Assembly: GCA_017963805.1 (NCBI GenBank) | Contig: JAGCTE010000037.1 | Location: forward strand, 30,074-94,073 | DNA: 64,000 nucleotides | Source of the DNA: a bacterium | Lineage (GTDB): Bacteria; Auribacterota; UBA3054 | Direction: 5' to 3' | Shown: positions 34,413-43,421 of the stretch, one piece after another | Layout: each line of letters opens with the position of its first letter | Numbering within the stretch: the first letter of the stretch is position 1 | The notes under the pieces: generated by a model | Database searches by the model: none | Seen by the model: the letters and a program-made list of their open reading frames with translations, nothing else | What the model was told of the DNA's origin: nothing | Made by a program: the position numbers and the translations under genes

Positions 34413-35984
34413 CTACCTCTGTAAAGCCCGTTTGAAGCGCGGAATGCACTCGTCGATTATGAAGCTGCGGTCGTCCTTGTGCATCGTCAAGGCAGTGGCG
34501 GGCAGATAGATAACGGCGTAGAGCGCGCCCGACAGCGCAAGTTGGAAGGCCCAGTGGTCGAAGAAGCGGTTGTCGGGTGTGAGGGCGTTGACGTAATTGA
34601 AGGCGAAATAAGCCAATATCCCGCAGATGGCGGCCGTAAGCGATATAGTGACGGTGGAAAGCGAGAAAGGCTGCGACCTCACGAAGATCGCCGTGCAGAC
34701 GACCGCCAGGGCGTTCCTTATGGCGATGGCCGCCAATGTGGCGACAGCCGCGCCGACCATGGCGTAAGGCGGGATCAGAAGCAGGTTGAGAAGGACGTTG
34801 GCGAAGACCGCGAGGACGTTGATGTAAAGGATCATCCTGGAGTATCCCGACATTATCATCATCGTCCCGGAATGCCCGGCCAGGGTGCTGACTATCTGGG
34901 CGCAGACCAGTATCCTCAAGGTCGTCGTCAGCATCGGGTCGGCGTTCAAATGGAAAATGGCAAGTATCTGGGAGGGGAAAAGCAGCATCATGCCGGCCGC
35001 GGGAAGCGTTATGTATAGCATCCAGCGGGTGACCGTCTTATAGAGCTCGTTCATGCGGCGGTAATCCTTTTCCTTGCTGATCTTGGCGATCATGGGGGCG
35101 AACAGCGAGGAATAGGCCAGAAGTATGTTGGCTATAATGAGAGTCGAGATGCCGGCGGCGTTGTACTGCGAGACGTAGTTCTCGGCGTTGTGGAAATAGC
35201 CGAGCATCATGATGTCGCACTTCTTCATGAAGACAAGGATGGCGGCCTGCAGAACGAGGGGCGCCGAGAAGAAGAAAAGCGCCTTGCGGTCGTAGACGGG
35301 CGAAACTCCCTCCAATTTCGGGGCGGCTTTGACGAAGCATTTTGCCGAGATCACAAAGGAGAGCAGATTGACGAGCACCATGCCGCAGGCCAATCCCATG
35401 ATGCGGTTCTCGTTAGGAGGGAGGAACCCGACCAATATGACGACCAGAAGCCAGCCGAATTTCTGGCAGAGCGTCTCGATCCAGACGGAGTGCCTGATGT
35501 CGTTCAGGGCCCTCAGGACGGCAAGCGAAATGGTCGTCAGAGCGATCGGTATGAGGTAGAGGGAAAGCGAGCGGAGGACCCGGCAGAGGATGCGCGCGGC
35601 TTCGCCGCCCTTGAGATAATGGGTGGCGATGTGCGGCGCCAAAAAGAAGACGCATGCTATCATGAAAAGCGAGGCGACAAAGGAAAGCTGGAAGGCGCCC
35701 TTGATGACGCCTTTGATGCGGCCCCAGTCCTTGTCGACCCAGTGGACGCCGATGAAGCGCTGGACGCCGTCGGAAAGGCCGAGCCTCGCGAAGGGTTCGA
35801 GGATCGCGAAGAAAGAAAAGGCGATGATCCAGATGTTGAGTTCGGAAGAGGCTTGGGAGTGGTCGAAGCGCCAGTAAAGGATGACGTTCGTAAGGAGCCC
35901 CATCAGAGTGGACAGAAAGTACCCGAACATCGAGAATCCGGCTCCCAGAGCCACGGTCTTTTTTTCCTGGACGTATTTTTGCAT
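34413..35984 (-). CDS. Polysaccharide/oligosaccharide flippase (MOP superfamily, Wzx-like)
   Basis: 523 aa with about 14 TM helices. Composition and layout match the polysaccharide biosynthesis protein family. TAAATG junction with lepA. Confidence 0.72.
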   Translation of the reverse strand: MQKYVQEKKTVALGAGFSMFGYFLSTLMGLLTNVILYWRFDHSQASSELNIWIIAFSFFAILEPFARLGLSDGVQRFIGVHWVDKDWGRIKGVIKGAFQLSFVASLFMIACVFFLAPHIATHYLKGGEAARILCRVLRSLSLYLIPIALTTISLAVLRALNDIRHSVWIETLCQKFGWLLVVILVGFLPPNENRIMGLACGMVLVNLLSFVISAKCFVKAAPKLEGVSPVYDRKALFFFSAPLVLQAAILVFMKKCDIMMLGYFHNAENYVSQYNAAGISTLIIANILLAYSSLFAPMIAKISKEKDYRRMNELYKTVTRWMLYITLPAAGMMLLFPSQILAIFHLNADPMLTTTLRILVCAQIVSTLAGHSGTMMIMSGYSRMILYINVLAVFANVLLNLLLIPPYAMVGAAVATLAAIAIRNALAVVCTAIFVRSQPFSLSTVTISLTAAICGILAYFAFNYVNALTPDNRFFDHWAFQLALSGALYAVIYLPATALTMHKDDRSFIIDECIPRFKRALQR

Positions 35985-37781
35985 TTAGTCTTCCGATTTC
36001 AAAACTTCAATGAAGGCTTTCTGGGGAATGAAGACTTTGCCGATCTGCTTCATCTTCTTCTTGCCTTCCTTCTGCTTTTCTAACAGTTTGCGTTTCCTGG
36101 TTATGTCGCCGCCGTAGCACTTGGCCAGAACGTCTTTCCTCAGGGCGTTGATGGTCTCCCTGGCGATGACTTTTCCGCCGACCGCCGCCTGGATCGCGAC
36201 GGCGAACTGCTGGCGGGGGAGAACTTCTTTCAACCTCTCGGCCAGCAGACGGCCCTTGGGATAGGCCCGATCCTTGTGCACGATCATCGAGAAGGCGTCG
36301 ACCGGTTCGCCGTTCAGAAGAAGGTCGAGCTTGACCAGTTCGCCCTCCCTGAAGCCGATGGGCTCGTAATCCATGCTGCCGTATCCGCTCGTCATGTTCT
36401 TTATTTTGTCGTAGAAGTCGGTGATGATCTCGTTAAGCGGCATGTCGAAGTGCAGAACGCAGCGCATGGGATCCAGCGATTCCGTGCCTTTCATTTCGCC
36501 GCGGCGGTCAAGGGCCAACTGCATGATCGTGCCTATGCGGTCGCTCGGCGTTATGATGTTCACGGCGACGAAAGGCTCCTCGGCCTTCAGTATCTCGCTG
36601 GGGTCGGGGAAGCGCAAGGGATTGTCTATCTCGAGGACGGTCCCGTCCTTTTTCGTGATGCGGTAAATGACGCTGGGCGTCGTGGCGATGAGGTTCATGT
36701 TGAACTCTCTGTCCAGCCTCTCCTGAATGACGTCCATGTGCAGGAGGCCCAAAAAGCCGCAGCGGAAGCCGAAGCCCAAAGCGATGGAAGTCTCCGGCTC
36801 GTAGGTGAAGGAGGCGTCGTTCAGCCTCAGCCTTTCAAGGGCTTTCTTGAAATCCTCGTAATCGCTGGTGTCGACGGGATAGAAGCCCGAAAAGAGCATG
36901 GGCTTGAATTCCTTGAAACCGGGCAGCGGCTCCGGAGCCGGATCGTCCGATCTTGTCACCGTGTCGCCGACCCTGACGTGCGAGGCGTCCCTTATCAAAG
37001 CCGTGAAGTAGCCGACTTCGCCCGGCCTGATCTCGTCGACCGCTTTCATGTGCGGCGTGAAGGTGCCGACCTCGATCACTTCGTATTCCAGTCCGTTCGA
37101 CATGAAGCGGACTTTCGCGCCTTTTTTGATCGCGCCGGAAAAGACGCGGCCGTAGACGATGACGCCCCTGTAGGGGTCGTAGACGGAGTCGAAGATGAGC
37201 CATCTGAGCTTGTCGTCCGCGGGCTCCTTCGGCGGGGGAACGTCACTTATTATGTGCTCGAGGAGCGTTTGCAAGCCTTCCCCGGTCTTGCTGCTGACTT
37301 TCAGTATCTCGTCCTTTGTCCCGCCTATCAGATCGATGATCTGCTGCGAGCAGTAGTCGACGTCGGCGGAGGGAAGGTCGATCTTGTTGAGGACCGGAAT
37401 GATGTTGAGGTCGTGCTCAAGGGCCATCCTTACGTTGGCGACGGTCTGGGCCTGCACGCCCTGCGAGGCGTCGACAAGCAGTATCGCGCCTTCGCAGGCG
37501 GCGAGGCTCCTGGAGACTTCGTAGGAAAAGTCCACGTGCCCTGGAGTGTCTATGAGGTTCAGCACGTAAGTCACGCCGTCGGGGGAGGTGTAGTTGAGCC
37601 TCACCGGATGGGATTTTATCGTGATGCCTCTTTCCCTTTCGAGATCCATGTCGTCAAGGGCCTGGTCGACCATCTCCCTTTTGGCGACCGCGCCTGTCAG
37701 TTCCAAAAAGCGGTCGGAAAGGGTTGTCTTGCCGTGGTCGATGTGGGCTATGATGCAAAAGTTGCGGATGTTCGAGAGCAT
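35985..37781 (-). CDS. lepA: Translation elongation factor 4
   Basis: IRNFCIIAHIDHGKTTLSDR, DTPGHVDF, NKIDL, and the LepA-specific C-terminus (..GGDITRKRKLLEKQKEGKKKMK). I chose the ATG at 37781 (MLSNIRNF..) rather than the TTG at 37790 in the track. Confidence 0.93.
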   Translation of the reverse strand: MLSNIRNFCIIAHIDHGKTTLSDRFLELTGAVAKREMVDQALDDMDLERERGITIKSHPVRLNYTSPDGVTYVLNLIDTPGHVDFSYEVSRSLAACEGAILLVDASQGVQAQTVANVRMALEHDLNIIPVLNKIDLPSADVDYCSQQIIDLIGGTKDEILKVSSKTGEGLQTLLEHIISDVPPPKEPADDKLRWLIFDSVYDPYRGVIVYGRVFSGAIKKGAKVRFMSNGLEYEVIEVGTFTPHMKAVDEIRPGEVGYFTALIRDASHVRVGDTVTRSDDPAPEPLPGFKEFKPMLFSGFYPVDTSDYEDFKKALERLRLNDASFTYEPETSIALGFGFRCGFLGLLHMDVIQERLDREFNMNLIATTPSVIYRITKKDGTVLEIDNPLRFPDPSEILKAEEPFVAVNIITPSDRIGTIMQLALDRRGEMKGTESLDPMRCVLHFDMPLNEIITDFYDKIKNMTSGYGSMDYEPIGFREGELVKLDLLLNGEPVDAFSMIVHKDRAYPKGRLLAERLKEVLPRQQFAVAIQAAVGGKVIARETINALRKDVLAKCYGGDITRKRKLLEKQKEGKKKMKQIGKVFIPQKAFIEVLKSED

Positions 37782-37786
37782 AGTTG

Positions 37787-39682
37787 TCAAAGTAGTTTCT
37801 TCAAAAGTTCCTTTACCGAGCTTTCTATTTTCTGCATAAGGTCGCCGCTTTCGTTTTCGCCAAGGAACCTTTTGGCGGCGGAGCCGAGCTTGTCATTGTA
37901 AAAGTCTGTCACCAATTGCAGCACGCGGTCCTCGAAGAGCGCTTTCTTCTCGTCGGAGAGGTCGAGCGTGGCCTTCGGCGAGCGGATGCTGCCCGTCAGC
38001 TTTATCGGTATCTCTATGGCGCCGTCCTTTATGAAAAGGGAAGCCAAGGGCTGCTTGGCGTACTGGTCGGAGAGCGTTTTGTTAAGCCTTAACTGGAGCT
38101 TGTAATCCATTTCGCCCATAAGGGAGCAGCTTCCCATGGCTTTTATTTCCCCCATGTTCCCGTTCAAACTGGTGGCGGGGGAGATGATCCTGCCGTCCTT
38201 TATGGTGAAGCTGGCGGAATAGTTTCTCAGCTTCTCCTTGCCAAGGGACTGCATTATCTGCTGCAGGAAGGGAAGCTCCTCCTTGGCTTTCGCTATGGTC
38301 GCGCCGGCGCCCAGGAGGCGCTGCAAAACAACGGGGACTTTGCCCTCCTGCCAGTCGCGGTCGGTGAAGTAGCTGAGGTTGACGTTTTTGGCGCTGATCC
38401 GGCCTTTCCCGTAGATCTTTTCGAGCGTTTCCTCGCCGCCGTCGAAAAGGGCGGCAAGGCTTCCGTTCGTAAGGAATAGATCGGACGAAAGCGAGCAGAC
38501 GCCGCCCGGCATCTTGCCGCTGCATTTGAAATGAAGGAGCATGTCGCTCATGGAAACGTCCGCGAGATCGATATGAGTCTCGAGCAGGGAGGAACCGTTT
38601 TCCAAAGAGCGTTCCCTCGAATTGATCGTCGCCTTGCCCTGCCAGAAACTGGAGGTCAGAGAAAGGCTGGAGAGATGGTCGTTTAAGGCTTTGAAACAAA
38701 GGTTGGCGCCTTCCAGCTCTATTCCCGTAAGGCGTCCTTTCTTGAAGGAAAGCTCGCCTTCGGTCAGAAGTTTTCCGTTTTCGCAGGGCTTGCCTTCCAA
38801 ACGGCAGTCGAGCGCGTCGAAATGCGAGACGCGGCGCTGCAGCCCGCAGAGTTGGGCAAGCTCCCTGGTGAAGTTGCCGCTGCCGTTCAGAAGGAAGGTC
38901 AGGCCGTCTTTCGTTTTAAGGATGCTGCCGGTGGACAGGAATCTGTCCGCCATGAAAGAGATGCTGTTGAGCTCTATCTTCTCCGTGTCTATTATGCAGT
39001 CGCAGTCAAGCGTGAAAGGCACGTCGGAGACGTCCTCCACGATCCTTCCTTCAATGATCGTCTTGGCGGCGGAGCGTTTGTGCCCGGAAAAGCTGAGATT
39101 GTCCAAAAAGAGCGTCTTTTGGGCGCGGTCATAGCGGCCTCTTGAAACGAGCGTGCTTTCGCTGAGCGCCGGGCAGTCCACGTCGCAGCTTACGTTGAAA
39201 TTAAGGCAGCCTTTTTTCTTTTTGGCGTCGAAGCGTATCCTCTGGAAATACGCCGGGCGGGACTCGTCTTCCCAGAACTGGAGCTCGCTCACGTTGAGGT
39301 ACGGGACGGCCGAGAGGAAAGTTTTGACCCTTTCCCTGGCCCTCACCCATTCCATTGTGCGGATGCTTCCTTTCTCCATGCCGAAGAAGGGCGAAAAGAT
39401 CTGGTGCGGCCACATCTCGAAATGGATGTAGTCGAGGCTCATGACGGCTTTGCCGCCTTCTTTCGCTTCGTAAAGGTCGAGCGCCGGGATGTCCACTTTG
39501 AAGCGGAGAGTCCAGGACGAGAGCTTGAAGTCGACAACGTCCGCCCTTAAGCCGCAAGCCTTCGAGATCTTTCTCGCGACGTGGTCGCGGAAGACGAAGT
39601 TGTTGGCAACGAGCGGCGGAAGGATGGCGAAAGCCAGATACAGCCCGGGTATCACCAGAAGATGTCGCCAGGAGAATCTCAT
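37787..39682 (-). CDS. Hypothetical membrane-anchored protein, possibly AsmA-like
   Basis: 631 aa with a single N-terminal TM (HLLVIPGLYLAFAILPPLV) and a long beta-rich body. ATGA overlap with aspS. The AsmA-like call rests on architecture only. Confidence 0.35.
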   Translation of the reverse strand: MRFSWRHLLVIPGLYLAFAILPPLVANNFVFRDHVARKISKACGLRADVVDFKLSSWTLRFKVDIPALDLYEAKEGGKAVMSLDYIHFEMWPHQIFSPFFGMEKGSIRTMEWVRARERVKTFLSAVPYLNVSELQFWEDESRPAYFQRIRFDAKKKKGCLNFNVSCDVDCPALSESTLVSRGRYDRAQKTLFLDNLSFSGHKRSAAKTIIEGRIVEDVSDVPFTLDCDCIIDTEKIELNSISFMADRFLSTGSILKTKDGLTFLLNGSGNFTRELAQLCGLQRRVSHFDALDCRLEGKPCENGKLLTEGELSFKKGRLTGIELEGANLCFKALNDHLSSLSLTSSFWQGKATINSRERSLENGSSLLETHIDLADVSMSDMLLHFKCSGKMPGGVCSLSSDLFLTNGSLAALFDGGEETLEKIYGKGRISAKNVNLSYFTDRDWQEGKVPVVLQRLLGAGATIAKAKEELPFLQQIMQSLGKEKLRNYSASFTIKDGRIISPATSLNGNMGEIKAMGSCSLMGEMDYKLQLRLNKTLSDQYAKQPLASLFIKDGAIEIPIKLTGSIRSPKATLDLSDEKKALFEDRVLQLVTDFYNDKLGSAAKRFLGENESGDLMQKIESSVKELLKKLL

Positions 39683-41448
39683 CCCTGCAGTTCTTCCTCT
39701 TCCGTTCTGGTTACGGCGACAGCCAGTTCGTCAAGCTGCTCTTGGCTGACGGTTGAGGGCGCGTCGGACATGAGGTCGGTGGCCTTCAGCGTCTTCGGGA
39801 AGGCGATGACGTCCCTGATGTTGTTGCGGCCCGTCAGGAGCATGGTCAGCCTGTCAAGCCCGAAGGCGACGCCGGCGTGCGGCGGAGCGCCGTACTTCAG
39901 CGCGTTGATGAAGAAGCCGAAGCGGTCCTCGATCTGCTGCGGTTCAAGCTTCAATAATCTGAAGATGCGGTCCTGCAGTTTGGAATCGTGGATACGGACG
40001 GAGCCGGAGCCGACTTCGTAGCCGTTGATGACGAGGTCGTAGCTGTTGCTTCTGACATGCCCGGGGTCGGATTCCAGAATGTCGAAATCCAGAGCGTTGG
40101 GGGAGGTGAAGGGATGGTGTTCGCTAACCCAGCGTCCTTCCTCTTCGCTGTACTGGAAGAGCGGGAAGTCCGTGATCCAGGTGAAGGCGAAAGTGTTTTC
40201 CGGGATCAGCTTCAGTTCCTGGCCCAGCTGCAGTCTTACGGCGCCCAGGCCTTTGCAGGCCGTGAGAGCAGGCCCGGCGGACAATATGAGAAGGTCGCCC
40301 TCGGAAGGTAGCATCCGCTTTTCAAGCGCGGCCCATTCCTCGTCGGTCAGGCCTTTCATGGGGGACTTGCGGCCTTCCGCTTCGTATTTGACGTAGAAGA
40401 TGCCTTTGGCTTTCTCCTTTTTGGCGACTTCATTGAGTTCGTCTAATCTGCGGCGGGGGAGAGAGGCGCCTCCTTCGACTTTTATGCACCGTACGCTGCC
40501 CTTATCCTCTATGGCGGAAGCGAAGGGCGGGAAGGCGCAGCCTTTGAATATTTCGGTGACGTTCTGGATCACCATCCCGAAACGCAGGTCCGGTTTGTCG
40601 GAGCCGTAGCCGTCCATGGCGTCCTGCCAGGTCATGTGCGGGAAGGGCGTTTCGATATCGTAGCCGGCGGTCTTGAAGGCCGTTTTCATAACGGCTTCGC
40701 CGACCTCGAAGACGTCCTCTTTCTCGGCGAAGGACATCTCAAGGTCGATCTGGGTGAACTCGGGCTGGCGCTCGGCTCTCAGGTCTTCGTCCCTGAAACA
40801 GCGGGTGATCTGGAAGTACTTGTCCATGCCGGCCACCATCAGAAGCTGCTTCAGGAGCTGCGGGCTTTGCGGCAGGGCGTAGAATTTGCCGTGGTGCACT
40901 CTGCTTGGCACAAGGTAGTCCCTGGCGCCTTCCGGCGTCGACTTCGAAAGGACGGGCGTCTCTATTTCCCAAAATCCCAGGGAATCGAGGCAGTTTCTAA
41001 CGGCCAGGGCGACCTTGTGGCGCAAACCCAGAGCCTTCTGAAGGTGCGCCCTTCTAAGGTCGAGGTAGCGGTAGCGCAGTCTGAGGTCGTCGGTGGGGTC
41101 TTCGTTTTCCAAATGAAAAGGCGGAGTCTCGGCGGTGTTGAAAACTTTGATGGCGGAGGCGAGGACTTCTATTTCGCCGGTAGGCAGGTCCTTGTTGACC
41201 TGGTCGCCGCGCGAACGAACTTTTCCGCTGACTGAGATGACGTATTCGCCCCTGATGTCCTTGGCGATCTCATAGGCTTCGGGAGCGGCGGCCGGATCGA
41301 AGACGATCTGCGTTATGCCTTCCCTGTCCCTGAGGTCGACGAATATGAGGTTTCCCAAAGCCCTGCGGCGTCTCACCCAGCCGCAAAGCGTAACATCCTT
41401 TCCCTGGTCCGCGCCCCTCAGGGCGTTGCAGGAATGCGTTCTTTTCAT
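39679..41448 (-). CDS. aspS: Aspartyl-tRNA synthetase
   Basis: 589 aa. N-terminal OB fold (VTLCGWVRRRRALGNLIFVDLRDREG) plus class II motifs (FRDEDLRAERQPEFTQID, GGASLPRRR.., GLDRL). Confidence 0.93.
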   Translation of the reverse strand: MKRTHSCNALRGADQGKDVTLCGWVRRRRALGNLIFVDLRDREGITQIVFDPAAAPEAYEIAKDIRGEYVISVSGKVRSRGDQVNKDLPTGEIEVLASAIKVFNTAETPPFHLENEDPTDDLRLRYRYLDLRRAHLQKALGLRHKVALAVRNCLDSLGFWEIETPVLSKSTPEGARDYLVPSRVHHGKFYALPQSPQLLKQLLMVAGMDKYFQITRCFRDEDLRAERQPEFTQIDLEMSFAEKEDVFEVGEAVMKTAFKTAGYDIETPFPHMTWQDAMDGYGSDKPDLRFGMVIQNVTEIFKGCAFPPFASAIEDKGSVRCIKVEGGASLPRRRLDELNEVAKKEKAKGIFYVKYEAEGRKSPMKGLTDEEWAALEKRMLPSEGDLLILSAGPALTACKGLGAVRLQLGQELKLIPENTFAFTWITDFPLFQYSEEEGRWVSEHHPFTSPNALDFDILESDPGHVRSNSYDLVINGYEVGSGSVRIHDSKLQDRIFRLLKLEPQQIEDRFGFFINALKYGAPPHAGVAFGLDRLTMLLTGRNNIRDVIAFPKTLKATDLMSDAPSTVSQEQLDELAVAVTRTEEEELQG

Positions 41449-41464
41449 TTGACTTCCTTAATGA

Positions 41465-42742
41465 TTATTGATTTTTATCCAAACGGCTGCCGGGGAAGAG
41501 CTGCCTGGCCAAAGCCACGTCGCCCTCCGGCGCGTCCTGTTTTTGGGGTTCTTTTTTCTCTTTCTCTTTTTCCAATGTCACGGAGCCTTTCTCGAGCTCC
41601 TCCAATTTCGCGAAGATCATATCCGCGCTGATGCGCGACCTTATGTGGATGAGCTTGAGGACGGCCAGCTCCAGTATGGTCTGCTTGGCTTCGGTCGCCG
41701 AGAGTTTCGGAAGTATCTGCAAAAGCTCGTCGATGGCGGAAGTGATCTGTCCTATCGTGTAGCCTTCCGAGGCTTTTTTCAGCTCGGCTAGGTATTCCGG
41801 GCTCTCTTCCAGAAGCTTTCCCGGATCGCTCGTCACTTTCAAAACGGCCAGGTTGCGGTAGAACTGCACGAGGCCAAGAATGAACTGTTCGGCGTCGCGC
41901 CCGCCTTCCATGACTTTCCCGACGCATCTTAGGGCGCCTTCATAGTCGGCTTTGACTATAGCGTCGGACAGTTCGGTTATGATCTCCCTGTTGGTCAGGC
42001 CCAGAAGCGCCGCGACGTCCTTTTCCGTTACGGATTCGCCGCCCCAGGCCAGGACCTGGTCGAAAACGGAGAGCGCGTCGCGCATGCTGCCGTTGCCGGC
42101 CCTGGCGACCGCGGCGATGGCGGAAGGCGTCGTCTTCAGGCCTTCTTTCTCCGCCATTACGGAAAGGTAACTGTTCAGCGTGTTCCAATCCATGCGGTGC
42201 AGCTCGAACTTCTGCACGCGCGACATGATGGTGGGCGGGATCTTCTGCGGATCGGTCGTGGCGAAGAAGAACTTCACGTGCGCCGGCGGTTCCTCAAGCG
42301 TTTTCAAAAGCGCGTTGAAGGCCTCCTTGGTCAGCATGTGGACTTCGTCGATGATGTAGATCTTGTAGCGGCTCGCTACGGGCGCGATGGAGACGGTGTC
42401 CCTGATCTGCCTGATGTTGTCGATCGTGCGGTTGCTGGCGCCGTCGATCTCGATGACGTCGAGCGAGCTGCCGTCCTTTATGGCGCGGCAGCTGGCGCAC
42501 TCGCAGCAGGGTTCGGTCGCGGGCTCGTCGCCGGCTTGACAGTTCAGGGCCTTGGCAAGGATGCGCGCGATGGTCGTTTTACCCGTGCCGCGGGTACCGA
42601 TGAAGAGATAACCCTGGCCGACGCGCTTTTGGCTGATGGCGTTCTGCAGCGTGGTGACGATGTGATCCTGGCCGACCACTTCGGAAAAGCGCTGCGGCCT
42701 CCAGCGTCTGGCCAGGACCTGATAGTTGTTGCTTTCTGACAT
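41465..42742 (-). CDS. dnaX: DNA polymerase III subunit gamma/tau (short form, 425 aa)
   Basis: RRWRPQRFSEVVGQDHIV, GTRGTGKTT (Walker A), the Zn module CCECASCRAIKDG, IIDEVHMLT, and the SRV/SRC box (MSRVQKFE). Confidence 0.9.
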   Translation of the reverse strand: MSESNNYQVLARRWRPQRFSEVVGQDHIVTTLQNAISQKRVGQGYLFIGTRGTGKTTIARILAKALNCQAGDEPATEPCCECASCRAIKDGSSLDVIEIDGASNRTIDNIRQIRDTVSIAPVASRYKIYIIDEVHMLTKEAFNALLKTLEEPPAHVKFFFATTDPQKIPPTIMSRVQKFELHRMDWNTLNSYLSVMAEKEGLKTTPSAIAAVARAGNGSMRDALSVFDQVLAWGGESVTEKDVAALLGLTNREIITELSDAIVKADYEGALRCVGKVMEGGRDAEQFILGLVQFYRNLAVLKVTSDPGKLLEESPEYLAELKKASEGYTIGQITSAIDELLQILPKLSATEAKQTILELAVLKLIHIRSRISADMIFAKLEELEKGSVTLEKEKEKKEPQKQDAPEGDVALARQLFPGSRLDKNQ

Positions 42743-43410
42743 TATTCTGCTTCGGTTTCAGTTTCGGGCTCGGGCTCCGCTTCGGATTCGGTCTCGGTCT
42801 CGGCTTCGGCTTGGGGGTCAACCTCTTCCACGACGATCTCGATCACCTCGTCTTCGTCGAAGGGATTGTTGAGAGTCGCGATGTCGTTCACGAAGTCGAC
42901 GTGACTCTCCACGATGTCGGTGGTGTCGGTGATGTCGTAATCCTCGTTTACGAAAGCGCCCAGCGTGAAAGTGTCGAAGATGCCCTTAAGGGCGATGCAG
43001 GGGGTGAAGACCGCGCCGCAGATGGCGCCGACGACGGTGCCGGCCGTAACGGTCAGGGGAGTCATGCACATTCCGGCGTAGTTCTGCGTGGCAGGGTACA
43101 TTCCGCAGCCCGCTCCCAGTCCCGTGAAGGCAAGGGGAACGCCAAGGGAAGCCAATATCTCGGCCGGCCCGGCCAGATAAGTGTCGGAGAAAGGATTTTC
43201 CTCCGCCTCCTCTTCGGCTTCCGCGTCGGCCGCGCTATCTTCGCCGGCCTCGACGATCTCGACCACGCCGACGTTGATCGCGTCGGAATCGGCTTTTTCA
43301 GTCAGGTACTCGGGAGCGACGGAGACTTCTTTGAATTCGATCTTCGAAATCGTTTCTTCGCCGAACAGCACGAGCGGGAAAAGCAGCAGGAAGGGGATAA
43401 GTTTTTTCAT
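42742..43410 (-). CDS. Hypothetical secreted, highly acidic protein with a Gly/Cys-rich hydrophobic core
   Basis: Signal peptide MKKLIPFLLLFPLVLFGEE. Acidic flanks surround the central segment GLGAGCGMYPATQNYAGMCMTPLTVTAGTVVGAICGAVFTPCIAL. The tail is AEAETETESEAEPEPETETEAE. Its stop overlaps the dnaX start (TAATG). Confidence 0.5.
   Translation of the reverse strand: MKKLIPFLLLFPLVLFGEETISKIEFKEVSVAPEYLTEKADSDAINVGVVEIVEAGEDSAADAEAEEEAEENPFSDTYLAGPAEILASLGVPLAFTGLGAGCGMYPATQNYAGMCMTPLTVTAGTVVGAICGAVFTPCIALKGIFDTFTLGAFVNEDYDITDTTDIVESHVDFVNDIATLNNPFDEDEVIEIVVEEVDPQAEAETETESEAEPEPETETEAE
42745..42810 (-). repeat. Imperfect hexanucleotide (GAR-NCN) coding repeat giving an (E-A/T/S/P)11 tail
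   Basis: The forward strand shows a ttcgg/ctcgg periodicity (..gtctcggtctcggcttcggc..). On the minus strand this translates to AEAETETESEAEPEPETETEAE. Confidence 0.6.
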
Positions 43411-43421
43411 CTTGGACTCCT

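Noticed and set aside
41465-41620. Programmed -1 frameshift site in dnaX (A-rich GAGAAAAAAGAA near the 3' end)
   Set aside because: The A-run is not in the X XXY YYZ register. It sits about 30 codons from the natural stop, and no downstream hairpin or extended alternative frame exists. The gene simply encodes a short DnaX.
42745-42810. Hexanucleotide periodicity as a CRISPR-like or non-coding tandem repeat
   Set aside because: It lies in frame within the 222-aa ORF and encodes an (E-X)n tail. No spacers or direct repeats of CRISPR size are present. It is recorded only as a coding low-complexity repeat.
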